Source: Enoplolaimus lenunculus (Eukaryota). From it: a stretch of DNA of 64,000 nucleotides. The DNA lies in the NCBI GenBank assembly GCA_030248215.1, contig JASANG010000440.1, positions 372,001 through 436,000 on the forward strand, written 5' to 3'. Below, piece by piece: positions 1 to 10,752 of this stretch (the stretch's first letter is position 1; each line of letters starts with the position of its first letter). The position numbers and the translations under genes are program-made. The notes beneath the pieces were generated by a model. That model ran no database searches. It was not told the origin of the DNA and was given only the letters and a program-made list of their open reading frames with translations.

Positions 1-680
1 GAATTTTCACGAGACGCCGTGATTTAGGAAAAACAAACACCGCAACCAAACGAGGATATCACGGGATACTTGAGAAAGCTTACTTGGTAAGCAAATATTC
101 TGCAATCCGAGGGGATAACCCGTTATTCCCTTGAACCTTCCCCCCCTATACTGCTTACTGAGTTACCCCTAAGTTAGCTTGATTTCAACGCGGTTAATGT
201 GAACTTACAAACTATTGATTACCTAAATTAAAATTTCCGTTCACAACTCCAGACCGCAGTGAAATGCAGACGTTTATATTTCAGCTTGTAACAAAATTTG
301 CACCTCGAACAGGGTTTTAGTACAGCATCCTGTTGAAATTATCCACCATCCAATATTATCTTTGTCAATTTGCTCGTATTTTTAAGTGTATAATAGCAAC
401 TGCAATCATCAGTTGGCGATAGGTCTTGTATAAAACTGTCGAATCATTTGATAAAATGTTTCAAAATTCAGCACAGTTTTCGAATTTCATTTGCAATCAT
501 TTTGAACTAAATTTAAAATCACCTACTGTAATATTTTGTATGTTTACAATCCTATTACTAATTGGTTATAGGTGCTATTCACATTTGAGAATATAGACCA
601 TTTTGGTAATTTTTGTACCTAAATTAACAAAAACAATTAAATTATTTTTCAACAACTTTTAATTTAATTAAATATTTCAG

Positions 681-3600
681 CAAAAACCACCAACGCGCGT
701 TGGACTCAATGCAAGCGACGCTCGAAGCCGAAGCTCGCGGCCGAGCAGATTTGTTGCGAACGAAAAAGAAACTTGAATCCGACATTAACGAACTTGAAAT
801 TGCACTCGATCACGCGAACAAAGCAAATGCCGACGCTCAAAAGAACATTCGTCGGCATCAGGAACAGATCAAAGAACTTCAGGTTTGTCGGCTTTTGCTT
901 TTATTTTTTCCATCGTGGTGTATTGTCAAATGTGTGTAGCTCCTATCGCCAGTTTGTGGCAATATTTTAAATAAAACGCGCTAAGGTAACAACAGTAAAA
1001 CTGAAGTTCTACACAGTGGAACGTTGAACTAAATTCCGCAAAATATTTAAAAATTTGCATGATTAAATTTGCATTTTTTTTTAATTTTGCAAGGCCCACA
1101 ATTTTTCTAGTGAAATATGTTGGTACAAAAACTTTAGAATCCAAAAAAATTTGCGTTATTTAATTGAAAAAATTTAAATATAAAAAGTTGTATTTTAATT
1201 TTTAGAGTCAACTCGAAGACGAACAACGCGCACGCGATGAAGTACGAGAGCAATTCACAATGGCCGAAAAACGATGCAACATTTTGCAGTCAGAAAAAGA
1301 AGAGGCTCACATTCATTTGGAATCGGTTGGTTTCATTTATTTATTATTTTCATTTATTTATTATTTTTATTGCTTTTTCTTATTTTCTAAAATACTGTAA
1401 CGACCCGAATAAGAGGGGGGTAATAAGAGGAGGTTCCGTAACGAAGGCCGGCGGAGCGTGGGTTAAAAATAAATAACAGTCCGTAACCGAATAACAGGGG
1501 GTTCCTTCTGGAGAGGCCAAATAAATATCAGTCCACTCTCTTATGTGGTTCAGTACAGTAATTACTTTCATTTATGAAATATGGCTTGTTTGTTTGCTTG
1601 TTTGATTGATCTTTAGTTTTTTTTGTTTTTTATCTTTAGTTTGTGTGGCGTGAGATTAACGAACGTGGTTTTAACAGTTCCGTGTTAGAAATGGCTAAAT
1701 TACCTTTAAAAATATCAGATAGTGAAATTTTTTCGTTCCTCGTTAAACGTACGGATAAGAATGTATTTAGTCACGATTTTATTTGCCAACGGTCATGTTG
1801 TCCCGAATCCAAATTTAGCGGAGCCGTTGGTCCTGATTGAGCAGATTTTTTTAGTTTAAGTTAAATTTTATTTTTAGTCGGAACGCTCACGACGACAAGC
1901 AGAAATGGATGCCGGCGAAGCGCGTGATTTAGCGAACGAACTCAGTGCTCACAACACGGCGTTAAGTGCAGCCAAACGAAAAGCTGAAACCGATTTCCAA
2001 GCCCTTCATGTAAGCATTTCGGTTTTATTTGATTTTCATATCAGCAAAAGATCGGCTGTGATTGGCTGATTCTGACTTGACATGCGGCATTAAAAGCCTA
2101 CTGGTCTTCTATAAAAATCCGTTGTTTTGCATTTCATGTGTAGGTTTGTTTTACAGGCAGAACTTGACGAAGCGATCAATGAATACAAAGCAGCCGAAGA
2201 GAAATCACGTAAAGCAATGATGGATGCTGCCAGACTGGCTGAAGAATTACGACAAGAACAAGAACACGCACAAAGCATTGAACGTTCTCGTAAAGGACTC
2301 GAAATTCAACTCAAGGTAAACTTTAATTTGAACTTAACTCAACAATATATTATATATTATATTTATTATGTGTATTATATATACTCACTAAAAATATGCT
2401 TAAAATTAAGTAAAACTGTTGCCGAATTAAGTGTCGGTTTTTTTACTTACTGTGGTGCTTGGCAAAGTTTTACTTAATTTTAAGCGAACACAAAATTTTT
2501 AGCGTTACATTTACTTAATTAATCAGGAAATGACAGCAGTAGTTTTACTTATTTACATTATTTAAGCAAAGATTTACTCAATATTTAGTACACTTATACT
2601 TAAAAAGTTAGTAAAATATAACTATAGTATTTTAAGTAGTGTTCTACAGAGTATTTATATATACATATATATTTTTTATATATGTATATATATGAATATA
2701 TATTTCTTAAGAACAATAGTCGTATTTTGAGTTGCAAGGAAAATCCACGCATCTTATGAACTCAAATGTTGGAAACATTTTCAGACGAAACGTTTTGCAA
2801 ATTTAGTTTAAATTCTAGCAAAAATTGAGTAAATTAATCATTTTTTAGTTGAATTTCACGATCCGTCAGTACGACAAATATCAAAATTTCATTCCAAAAT
2901 CAAAAAAAGTTCTATTAATAATTTAAGTTTCTGAGTTCGAGTTTTTAATTATTCGATATCAATAATCTCTACCAAGATTTGTTGCATAATTTTGCTAATT
3001 ATTTTTAATTTAAATTGTTGTTTTAGGAAATGCAAGCACGACTTGACGAAGCTGAAGCTGCCGCGTTGAAAGGTGGCAAACGTATGATTCAGAAGCTTGA
3101 AACTCGAGTAAGTTTACAAAAATTGAGCTGTGCCACATATTTCGGAGGCAGAGACAGATTGAAGCGAAACACCAATCTATAACATCGTCTTAGTAACTTT
3201 ACAAACACAAGAAATCAATAAAACAATTTTAAAAATGGATAAATTGTAATATTTTTAGCCAGAATTCTTTAAACGCCGCAAAAATTTACCATATTTTTGA
3301 ATTTCGAGAAACTGTTATGTCAGAAATCATGAAATATGTTCATTTTTATTCGCAACTTTTATTTCAACGCATATACAAAACTTGTTGCGTTTATTTGAGA
3401 TTTCGAACTGAAATTTAAATTAAAAACATTTTTTAGTTCAAAATTTTGATTTTCAATAAATTGAGTAAATATTTTTTGTTTTTTTTTTAGATTCGCGAGT
3501 TAGAAAGTGAGCTTGAAAACGAAACTCGACGCCATCAGGATACACAGAAATTCTTACGTAAAGCAGATAGACACGCAAAAGAACTACAGTTCCAGGTCAG

Positions 3601-6600
3601 TTTCACTATGGTTCACCATAATGACTCGAGGAGTCAAAAGGCTACGCGTTTCGGGGGCCCATGTTAACTATAGAGAGCTACCTTCTAAGTCGAAGCTTAA
3701 ACCTTGGCCCATATTCTCAAATGCATATAGCACCTATCACCTGTTTAGTTACAGGTTTTCAAACTAACGAACTGGTGCAATTACAGATCTCAAAATTTGT
3801 ACAGTAGCAGAGAAAATAGAAAGCGATAAATGTGCTGAATTTCAAACATCACTATTCCCTGCTTTGAAAGTTACAACGCCTATCACCAACTGGTAATAGA
3901 TGCTACACACATATGAGAATACGAGCTCTAAACCTAAACCTAATCGTAAGCATAAAGCATCACAGTCTCTTAATCTTACCGTCTTCCAGTCTCCCAAGTG
4001 GTAGGCTGCTATGAGTAACATGGACCCACTTTGGTACTAATTAATGTGCTGTGTCCATTGTAATTTTATGCAATAAAAGTATGTGAATTTAACAAATTTT
4101 ACAGTTTTGACAAACCGTAAAAGTTTAGTTTACTGGCAAAAAGTTTTTTTCTGACGTTATTTTATTAAAGACCCATATTCTCAAATGCATATAGCACCTA
4201 TCACTAGTCAGTAATAGGTTTTCAAGCTAACGAACTACTGCAATTGCAGATCTCAGCATTTACACAGAAGTAGAGTCAATCCAATGCAACAAATGCGCTG
4301 AAGTTTAAACCTCGCCATTCCTGGGTTCGAAAGTTACAAGACCTATCACCAACTGGTAATACGTGTTGCACATATTTAAGAATACGGGCTCAGGAATTTA
4401 GTTGAAAATTTTTGACCATCTAAGACCGTATTCTTAAATGTATATAACACCTATAATTAGTTGCTGATAGGCCTGGTAACTTGCGATCAGTAAACAGATT
4501 TCATTTGCCATACTTCTACGCGCAATTTGAAATCTGGAACTGGAAGTCTTCGCCAATTTGAAACTCTATCGCTAACTGGTAATAGGTGCTATACGCATTT
4601 GAGAATATGGGCTCTAAAATTCAGAAGCTGATTCTAAAATGTGTTAAAATAACTGTTTTCTCCATCAATTTCGTTAGGGGGTGTATCCCGTTTATTTCGC
4701 GTTTTATATACGCTCCCCGTTTTTAGGTTGAAGAAGACAAGAAAGGGCACGAATGTCAACAAGAATTAATTGAAAAACTGCAAGCGAAAATCAAAACGTT
4801 CAAACGTCAAATTGAAGAAGCTGTAAGTTTATGGCTTAGATATTAGTGCTATGCATAGCTGAGAATACATGCCCAAGCCGTATACAGGCCTGTAGACAGG
4901 GGGGAAGATGCTCAGATCCCCTATAAAATTTTCTAGCCTCGCTTGTAAGTTTCAGTATTTCAACCGCATGCCACACCTATAGTTATCGGCCCATGCACAG
5001 AACATGGCCGGGTCGTTTCCCGGCGGAGCTGTAGTAAAGTCAGTTTTAGCATTAGACTAACTTTTTTGTTTGGCCTCAGGTTTAGGCTTTAGGCTTAGGA
5101 ATAGGCTCATCTTTACATTTAGGCTTAGGCTTACGCTTAGGTTAGGGATATGCTTATACTACTGTTGCGGCTCTGTTCTATACATTGGCCAAGTCATTTT
5201 GCCCCCTCTAACACGTGGAGCTGGCTACAAACCTGGTTTTATAGCGAAGCAATGCTACTCGTTTGTGAAACCTAAATGGTTACAGCTGAACCTAATAAAT
5301 TTGAGAGATGAATAACCAATGAGAATACGATTTATAGGTTAAGTCTCATTGCGAGTCGACGCCAGTTGCGCAGCGGAGAATTTTGATTGGTTGAGATCCA
5401 CATTAAAAAACTAATATTGTGGATGTTTAGCCAATAGAAATAAACCAGAATTGGGGTTAAATCACGACCTCCTCCAACCATTCCTACTGAATCCGACGTA
5501 GTCAAATTTAAAATTGTCATTTTCAGGAAGCCCTTGGAGCGACCAACTTGTCGAAGATCCGCCAATTGCAACATCAAGTTGAAGACGCCGAAGAACGAGC
5601 AGAATCGGCCGAAAATTCGCTCGCAAAGTTACGCATGAAAAATCGTAGCTCAAGCGTAATGGGTTCACAGTCGACCAGTGTGCTTATGGTATTTAAATTT
5701 GAATAATTGATTAAAAAATAACTTTAACCTAATCGTTAATCACAGTTTACACGTTTCGCCACACTATCGTTTACGTGTCCACGAATATGATTGGTTAATT
5801 TATTACTGCGGCGATAGAATCCACAAAATAATATTTCAGATATTTAAGAAAAAATTTCTTACATTTAAGAAATATAATTTTCAAGGTGGACTTGAAAAGT
5901 GTTTCTGTTATAACAGAAAATTTTTCAAAAAAGTTTTGAAATTAAGTCTAAAAATAAACGTTTTCCAGTTATTTTTAGAGAAATTGTCTTAAATATCAGA
6001 AAAACTTTTCAGATTTGCCACAGAAAATACTTTTCTGAATAAATTCAGAAATACTTTTTTGTGTGAAATCAAAACTGTTGTTGATAAGCAACATTGTCAA
6101 CGAAAGGGCTAAAATTGCTAAAATTAATAAGTTAAGCTTCGGTATTGTCAAATGAGCACAGGTCTTCAAACGAGCAACTTGCAACAAATCCGAGAAATGT
6201 TCTGTAAAAAAGTAGGGATGTAAGCGATATCCAAATATTGTGTTTGATGTTCCATCAATTAATAGCCTCTATAGTTACTCAATCTGCAACCAAACAGGCT
6301 ATATCTGGTATAGCGATTTGCAGTATATACCAGCCAAGAATATAAATGTTAACGTTTTCGTACTGCGTTGCAACTTACAATTACAATTGCACCAGTATAT
6401 GCGTTCTTTTGAGTCTACAGTGAGTCGTCTTCTAAGAGGCTGAAAATTGGAATTTTTAACCACAGGGGCCAATGTAAAGAACAGGAGCGGAACAGTATTA
6501 TAAGCGTATTTTTAAGCCTATGTTTAAGCCTAAACCTAAGCTTAAGCCTAAGCCTAAGCATAAGAATGAGCATATTCCTAAGCCTAAGCCTAAGCCTAAG

Positions 6601-7287
6601 CCTAAGCATAAGACTGAGCATATTCCTAAGCCTAAGCCTAAGCCTAAGCCTAAGCATAAGAATGAGCATATTCCTAAGCCTAAGCCTAAGCCTAAGCCTA
6701 AGCATAAGACTGAGCATATTCCTAAGCCTAAGCCTGAGCCTAAGCCAAGCAAAAAATAAGTCTAAAGCTTAAGGTTACTCTATTGCAGTCTCACAGAACA
6801 ATGTTCCGCCCCTGATCTATACATGAGCCACCGCCGGAGTAATGTCCAACAATGGCAACTTTCGATTGACTAAGAAAAAGAAACTTATCCGTTTGTTTGT
6901 TCAGACTTAACCCTTTCTCACATGAATATTTTCTATTTCCCCTGAGACCTACTTTTATGCTAGGATTCGAACTCCGGTGACTGGAGTGGGAGGCGTATAC
7001 CATCACCACTCAGCTGTAGGAGCGTGACGCTCGAGCCCGAGGGGGCTCTCACGTCTTGTGGTGATTTAGTACTATGTATACGTGTTGCAATTGTTAAACA
7101 CGGTGCGATATATACCATTTAACGTATATACACTGCGCTTAGTTGCCTATAGGCAACTCAATGTGAGAAGGGGTTAATATCACTGTGAATTTTACGATTT
7201 GACTAAAAGTTTGTTGTTTCTTTTCAGCCGTCACCAAGCGTAGTCCGCAGTGGCTCTCGTTCACGCGCTGGTGGGTTTGAAGAATAG
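681..7287 (+). CDS. Mhc: Muscle myosin II heavy chain, 3' part (LMM + non-helical tailpiece); 5' part lies upstream of the window
   Basis: Nine phase-compatible GT-AG exons: 681-882, 1206-1325, 1878-2009, 2157-2315, 3027-3107, 3491-3595, 4727-4822, 5527-5688, 7228-7287 (TAG). Translation [103 protein letters not shown] is collinear with the nematode UNC-54-type myosin tail. Whether this gene has a motor head cannot be seen in the window. Confidence 0.95.
3706..4614. mobile_element. Three adjacent ~200-bp MITEs of family B (3706-3928, 4170-4391, 4424-4614); further copies at ~11864-12081, 33372-33580, 55270-55485, 61153-61373
   Basis: Terminal inverted repeats (G)GCCCRTATTCTCAAATG..TAGCACCTAT / ATAGGTGCTA..CATTTGAGAATAYGGGC. 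The 4424 copy is flanked by TAA on both sides, which is PIF/Harbinger (Tourist)-like. Confidence 0.7.
6467..6829 (+). mobile_element. Telomere-repeat-bearing MITE (family A) with an internally expanded 48-bp GCCTAA-rich unit
   Basis: Left end GGCCAATGTAAAGAACAGGAGCGGAAC, right end GTTCCGCCCCTGATCTATACATGAGCC, and ~4 internal 48-bp repeats. Confidence 0.8.
6911..7173 (+). mobile_element. piggyBac-like MITE (family E) carrying a tRNA-like segment
   Basis: TTAA|CCCTTTCTCACAT...ATGTGAGAAGGGG|TTAA. Near-identical inverted copy at 42017-42279, diverged copy at 19944-20205, partial copy at ~16625. Confidence 0.8.
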
Positions 7288-7498
7288 AAACGGTGCAGAT
7301 TCAATTGAAAACCTGTTTCGTCGCTCAGGAAATGCCAGCTCCCAACCCACACCCCCAGGTCTATTAAATGCAAACTGAACCTACTATCCTCGCCCTGCCC
7401 TGCTCCGGCCTGAACAATCATCCATGGATAACGAATATTGGATCACGATTTAACTGCAGTACGCAGAATTATACCTGTAAACACTATAATGCATCAAA

Positions 7499-7504
7499 AA
7501 TAAA
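7499..7504 (+). terminator. Candidate polyadenylation signal AATAAA of the upstream myosin gene (second candidate at 7724-7729)
   Basis: AATAAA ~210 nt after the stop codon at 7287. Confidence 0.45.
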
Positions 7505-8399
7505 CACAATTCACACCGAAATGACAATATAATGACCACATCGACCTCTTATGTTTTGGCTTGGTTCTATTCTTCGAAATTTTGGCAAACAGCTTATAGC
7601 GAAACAACGTAGAAACTTGCTGAAAATACAGCTAGTAAATATTTACAGAACAAATGTACTCAAATTACAAATAGTCATGTAGACGTTATTCATTTGTGTT
7701 TTATGGCAAAAAATTTGCAATCAAATAAACGTAATTTTTACAACGAATTTTGCAGAAAATATTAATAGACTTTGCTGTTTTATCATTAATTTTGCAGTTT
7801 ATTTTAACTTTTAGCGTTATTTAATAGTAAAAATGAGTGAAATTATTAGAAATTCGGCTGAAAATCAGTGTTCAGTGTTCAGTCGAACTTCGACTGTTGT
7901 TGTTGTTTTACTTGGGTTGAAATACGTTTACGTTTATTTCATTCAAATTGTTTAAAATCTGTAAAGTACATTTAGTTTTCGTTAGCATTTTGTTTCAACT
8001 TACAATTTTGATTTTTAGACGGTATTTTCTATCTTTCCGACCCGTAGCCAACTGAAGCCAGGTATTTGCTCAGCCCCGCCCACCGGAAAAATTTTTGATT
8101 CCCATGGAAAAGTTTCAACTTTGCTAGCAAGCCAACAAAAACCGTCGTACGCCCCTCATGAATAATTTTCAGCCTCCCCTGGCCATGTGATCTGGCTACG
8201 GGCATGTTCCTTACTATTACATATTTTGCTTTACTTACACGTTTTTTGTGTAAAATTGGACCCAGTCGCAGACAGCTTACTTATATATTTGAAGCTCGGA
8301 GACTCGAGAAGTTTTTTGATTGAGGGCAAAGGGAACATTCAACGCCATAGCCCAGTTAAGTAATGATGCACGACAATGTGTACTTAGCTTACAATTGAA

Positions 8400-8608
8400 C
8401 GCCAATGTAAAGAACAGTGGCGGAACAGTATTATAAGCATATTCCTAAGCCTAAGCCTAAGCCTAAGCCTAAGCGTAAAGAATGAGTTTATTCTTAAGCA
8501 TACGCCTAAGCGTAAGCATAAGCCAAGCAAAAAATAGTCTAAAGCTTAAGCTTACTCTATTCTAGGCTCAGAGAAAAACGTCCGCCCCTGATCTTTAATA
8601 CATGGGCC
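8400..8608 (+). mobile_element. Family A MITE with 8-bp TSD CAATTGAA
   Basis: TSD at 8392-8399 and 8609-8616, ~27-bp TIRs, internal GCCTAA repeats. Confidence 0.85.
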
Positions 8609-10752
8609 CAATTGAAAATAGTTTGGTTTAAAACGTATGAATTCTCATTGGTTGATTGTAAAAATCGTTAAGATACTATACACGTTTCCCATTGGTTTGA
8701 GTTGCTCTGAAACGTACAGTTTCGAGCATTTTTAAAGGTTGTCTGCGACTGGTGCGATCTGCATCGTTTGTTGAAATCCAATGAAAGCAAAGTTGACAGT
8801 TGTGAAACATATTTTCTATCGTTTTGTTGCAAATAAAAACTGCTGACAATTATTCGGCATAAAATTTTATCAAAAGTACAGCGTCACCCTAAGAATATTG
8901 AAATTTCAAGACAATTTTTTCCTAAGAGACGGCATAGAATCGCAGGCTTACGAACGATTGACGTAAAATTCTTAAGCTACAGAATAAATCTCTAAATATT
9001 TTAAGAAACAAGTGTATTAAGTTTATACAAAATTGTCTTGAAAGTATTCATTGTATGGACAATTGCTGAAAAACAGATAAAATTAATATTTTAAAAAAGT
9101 TAAAACTTTCGGCTAAAAAGAACAGGGGCGGAACAGTACTATAAGTATTTTCTTAAAGCCTAAGCGTAAGCCTAGCCTAAGCGCAAGCGTAAGCATAAGC
9201 CTAACCCTAAACGTAAGAAAGAGTTTATTCCTAAGCCTGAGCCTAAGCGTGAGCATGAGTTTATTTCTAAGCCTTAAGCTAAACCTAAGCCAAGCAAAAA
9301 ATAGTCTAAAGCTTAAGCTTACTCTATTGTAGTGCCACAGAAAAACGTTCCGACTCTGATGATTACATGGGCCAAAATTTCAAACGAAAATAAATTATCA
9401 AACACAAATCCATACTCAACGTCTGTTTGCGTTCTATGGCCATAAATTAAACAAAAATTTGTCATTTTAAGAAGCTTCAACTTAAAAAAGTAAATATCTT
9501 TCAAGGCACTGAGTAAGTGGAGATATTTTGAAATTAATTCGTGTCGCTATTAAGACAAACACTTTTTACCGTTTGTCAAAACGCTATTTTGCTCAATACA
9601 AACGTTGTTTTCAAAACGAAAACAAAACGTTTGTGTTTTTAACACGATTTGTCATACATCTTTGAGCCTGAGTCTAATAACTTAAACTGGCACAAAAATC
9701 AGGGGCGGATCGTTTTTCGGCAAGACTGTAATAAGAATATTAAGCTTAAGCTTTAGACTAATTTATTGCTTAAGCTCAGCCTTAAGCTCTAAGGAATATA
9801 TGGTTATGCAGCGGTTACGGTCCGTTTCTATACATTGACTTTTAAAGACACAGCCTGTGTCGCACAGTTTTTCCCTTGCCATATTTCCCCAAGGGACAGG
9901 AAGGCTAAAACGTTGTTTGGCGGGGCGGGGGGAGCACAGTAACACCTCCCGGTGTTACGTACCCGATTGAAATGCTGTTAGTAATAACCCATGTTGCTTT
10001 TATGGCTGTGTCTATTTCCAAAGGAACAGAAATACAGTAGATTTAAGCTTTAGACTAATTTTACTCTCATGCTTATATTTAGGCTTTAGACTACGGCTTA
10101 TCCTGGCGTTTAATTATAGGCATAATAATGAATCAACAGAAACTATCAGCAAAGCGTTCGAGTTTTACTGTAACAAATAAATTGTGTTGTTTGCAGAAAA
10201 TATTTTAACTGAAAGCCTGCAAAACAGAACATTCTCGGTAAGTATTAATATAACTGCAGAAGCAATCAGCTTGCAGCGCAAAGTATTGCAACAAAGTTAC
10301 TAGAAATGCTGAGTGCAGTTTGTTTAGCAATTGCGATGCGTTTATTTTGTCCGTATTTATGCAATAAGTATAGTATTCTGCAGTCTAATTGCAATTTTGC
10401 ATTATTCAAGAGAATACATTTTAAGGATTGCGTTAAATTTAAAATATTGTATGAAGTAGGTATACTTAGATTGTAAATTTCGAAATGTTTCCAATTGGTT
10501 CAAGTTACAAAAGACTTAACTGGAAAATTCTTTATAGCCAAACTTCCAATTGTCAGCAGCGTTGAGTTCAATTTAATTTTGCAACCGAATATACGTTTAA
10601 CGGTAAAAAATATCGGTTCGTTTCCGTTATATAAAAATGCAGTTTTTTTCTCGTTATTTCTATCATCGCAGCAAAAACTTGCACGTGTGAATATTGACTT
10701 TAGTTTTAATGTTAGTTTCATTAGTAATTTTATGAGCTAAATAAGTAATATT

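Noticed and set aside
7833..7975. ATG-initiated short ORF just after the gene 1 poly(A) region as first exon or operon-style start of gene 2
   Set aside because: It has no convincing donor in a compatible phase and no similarity to known proteins.
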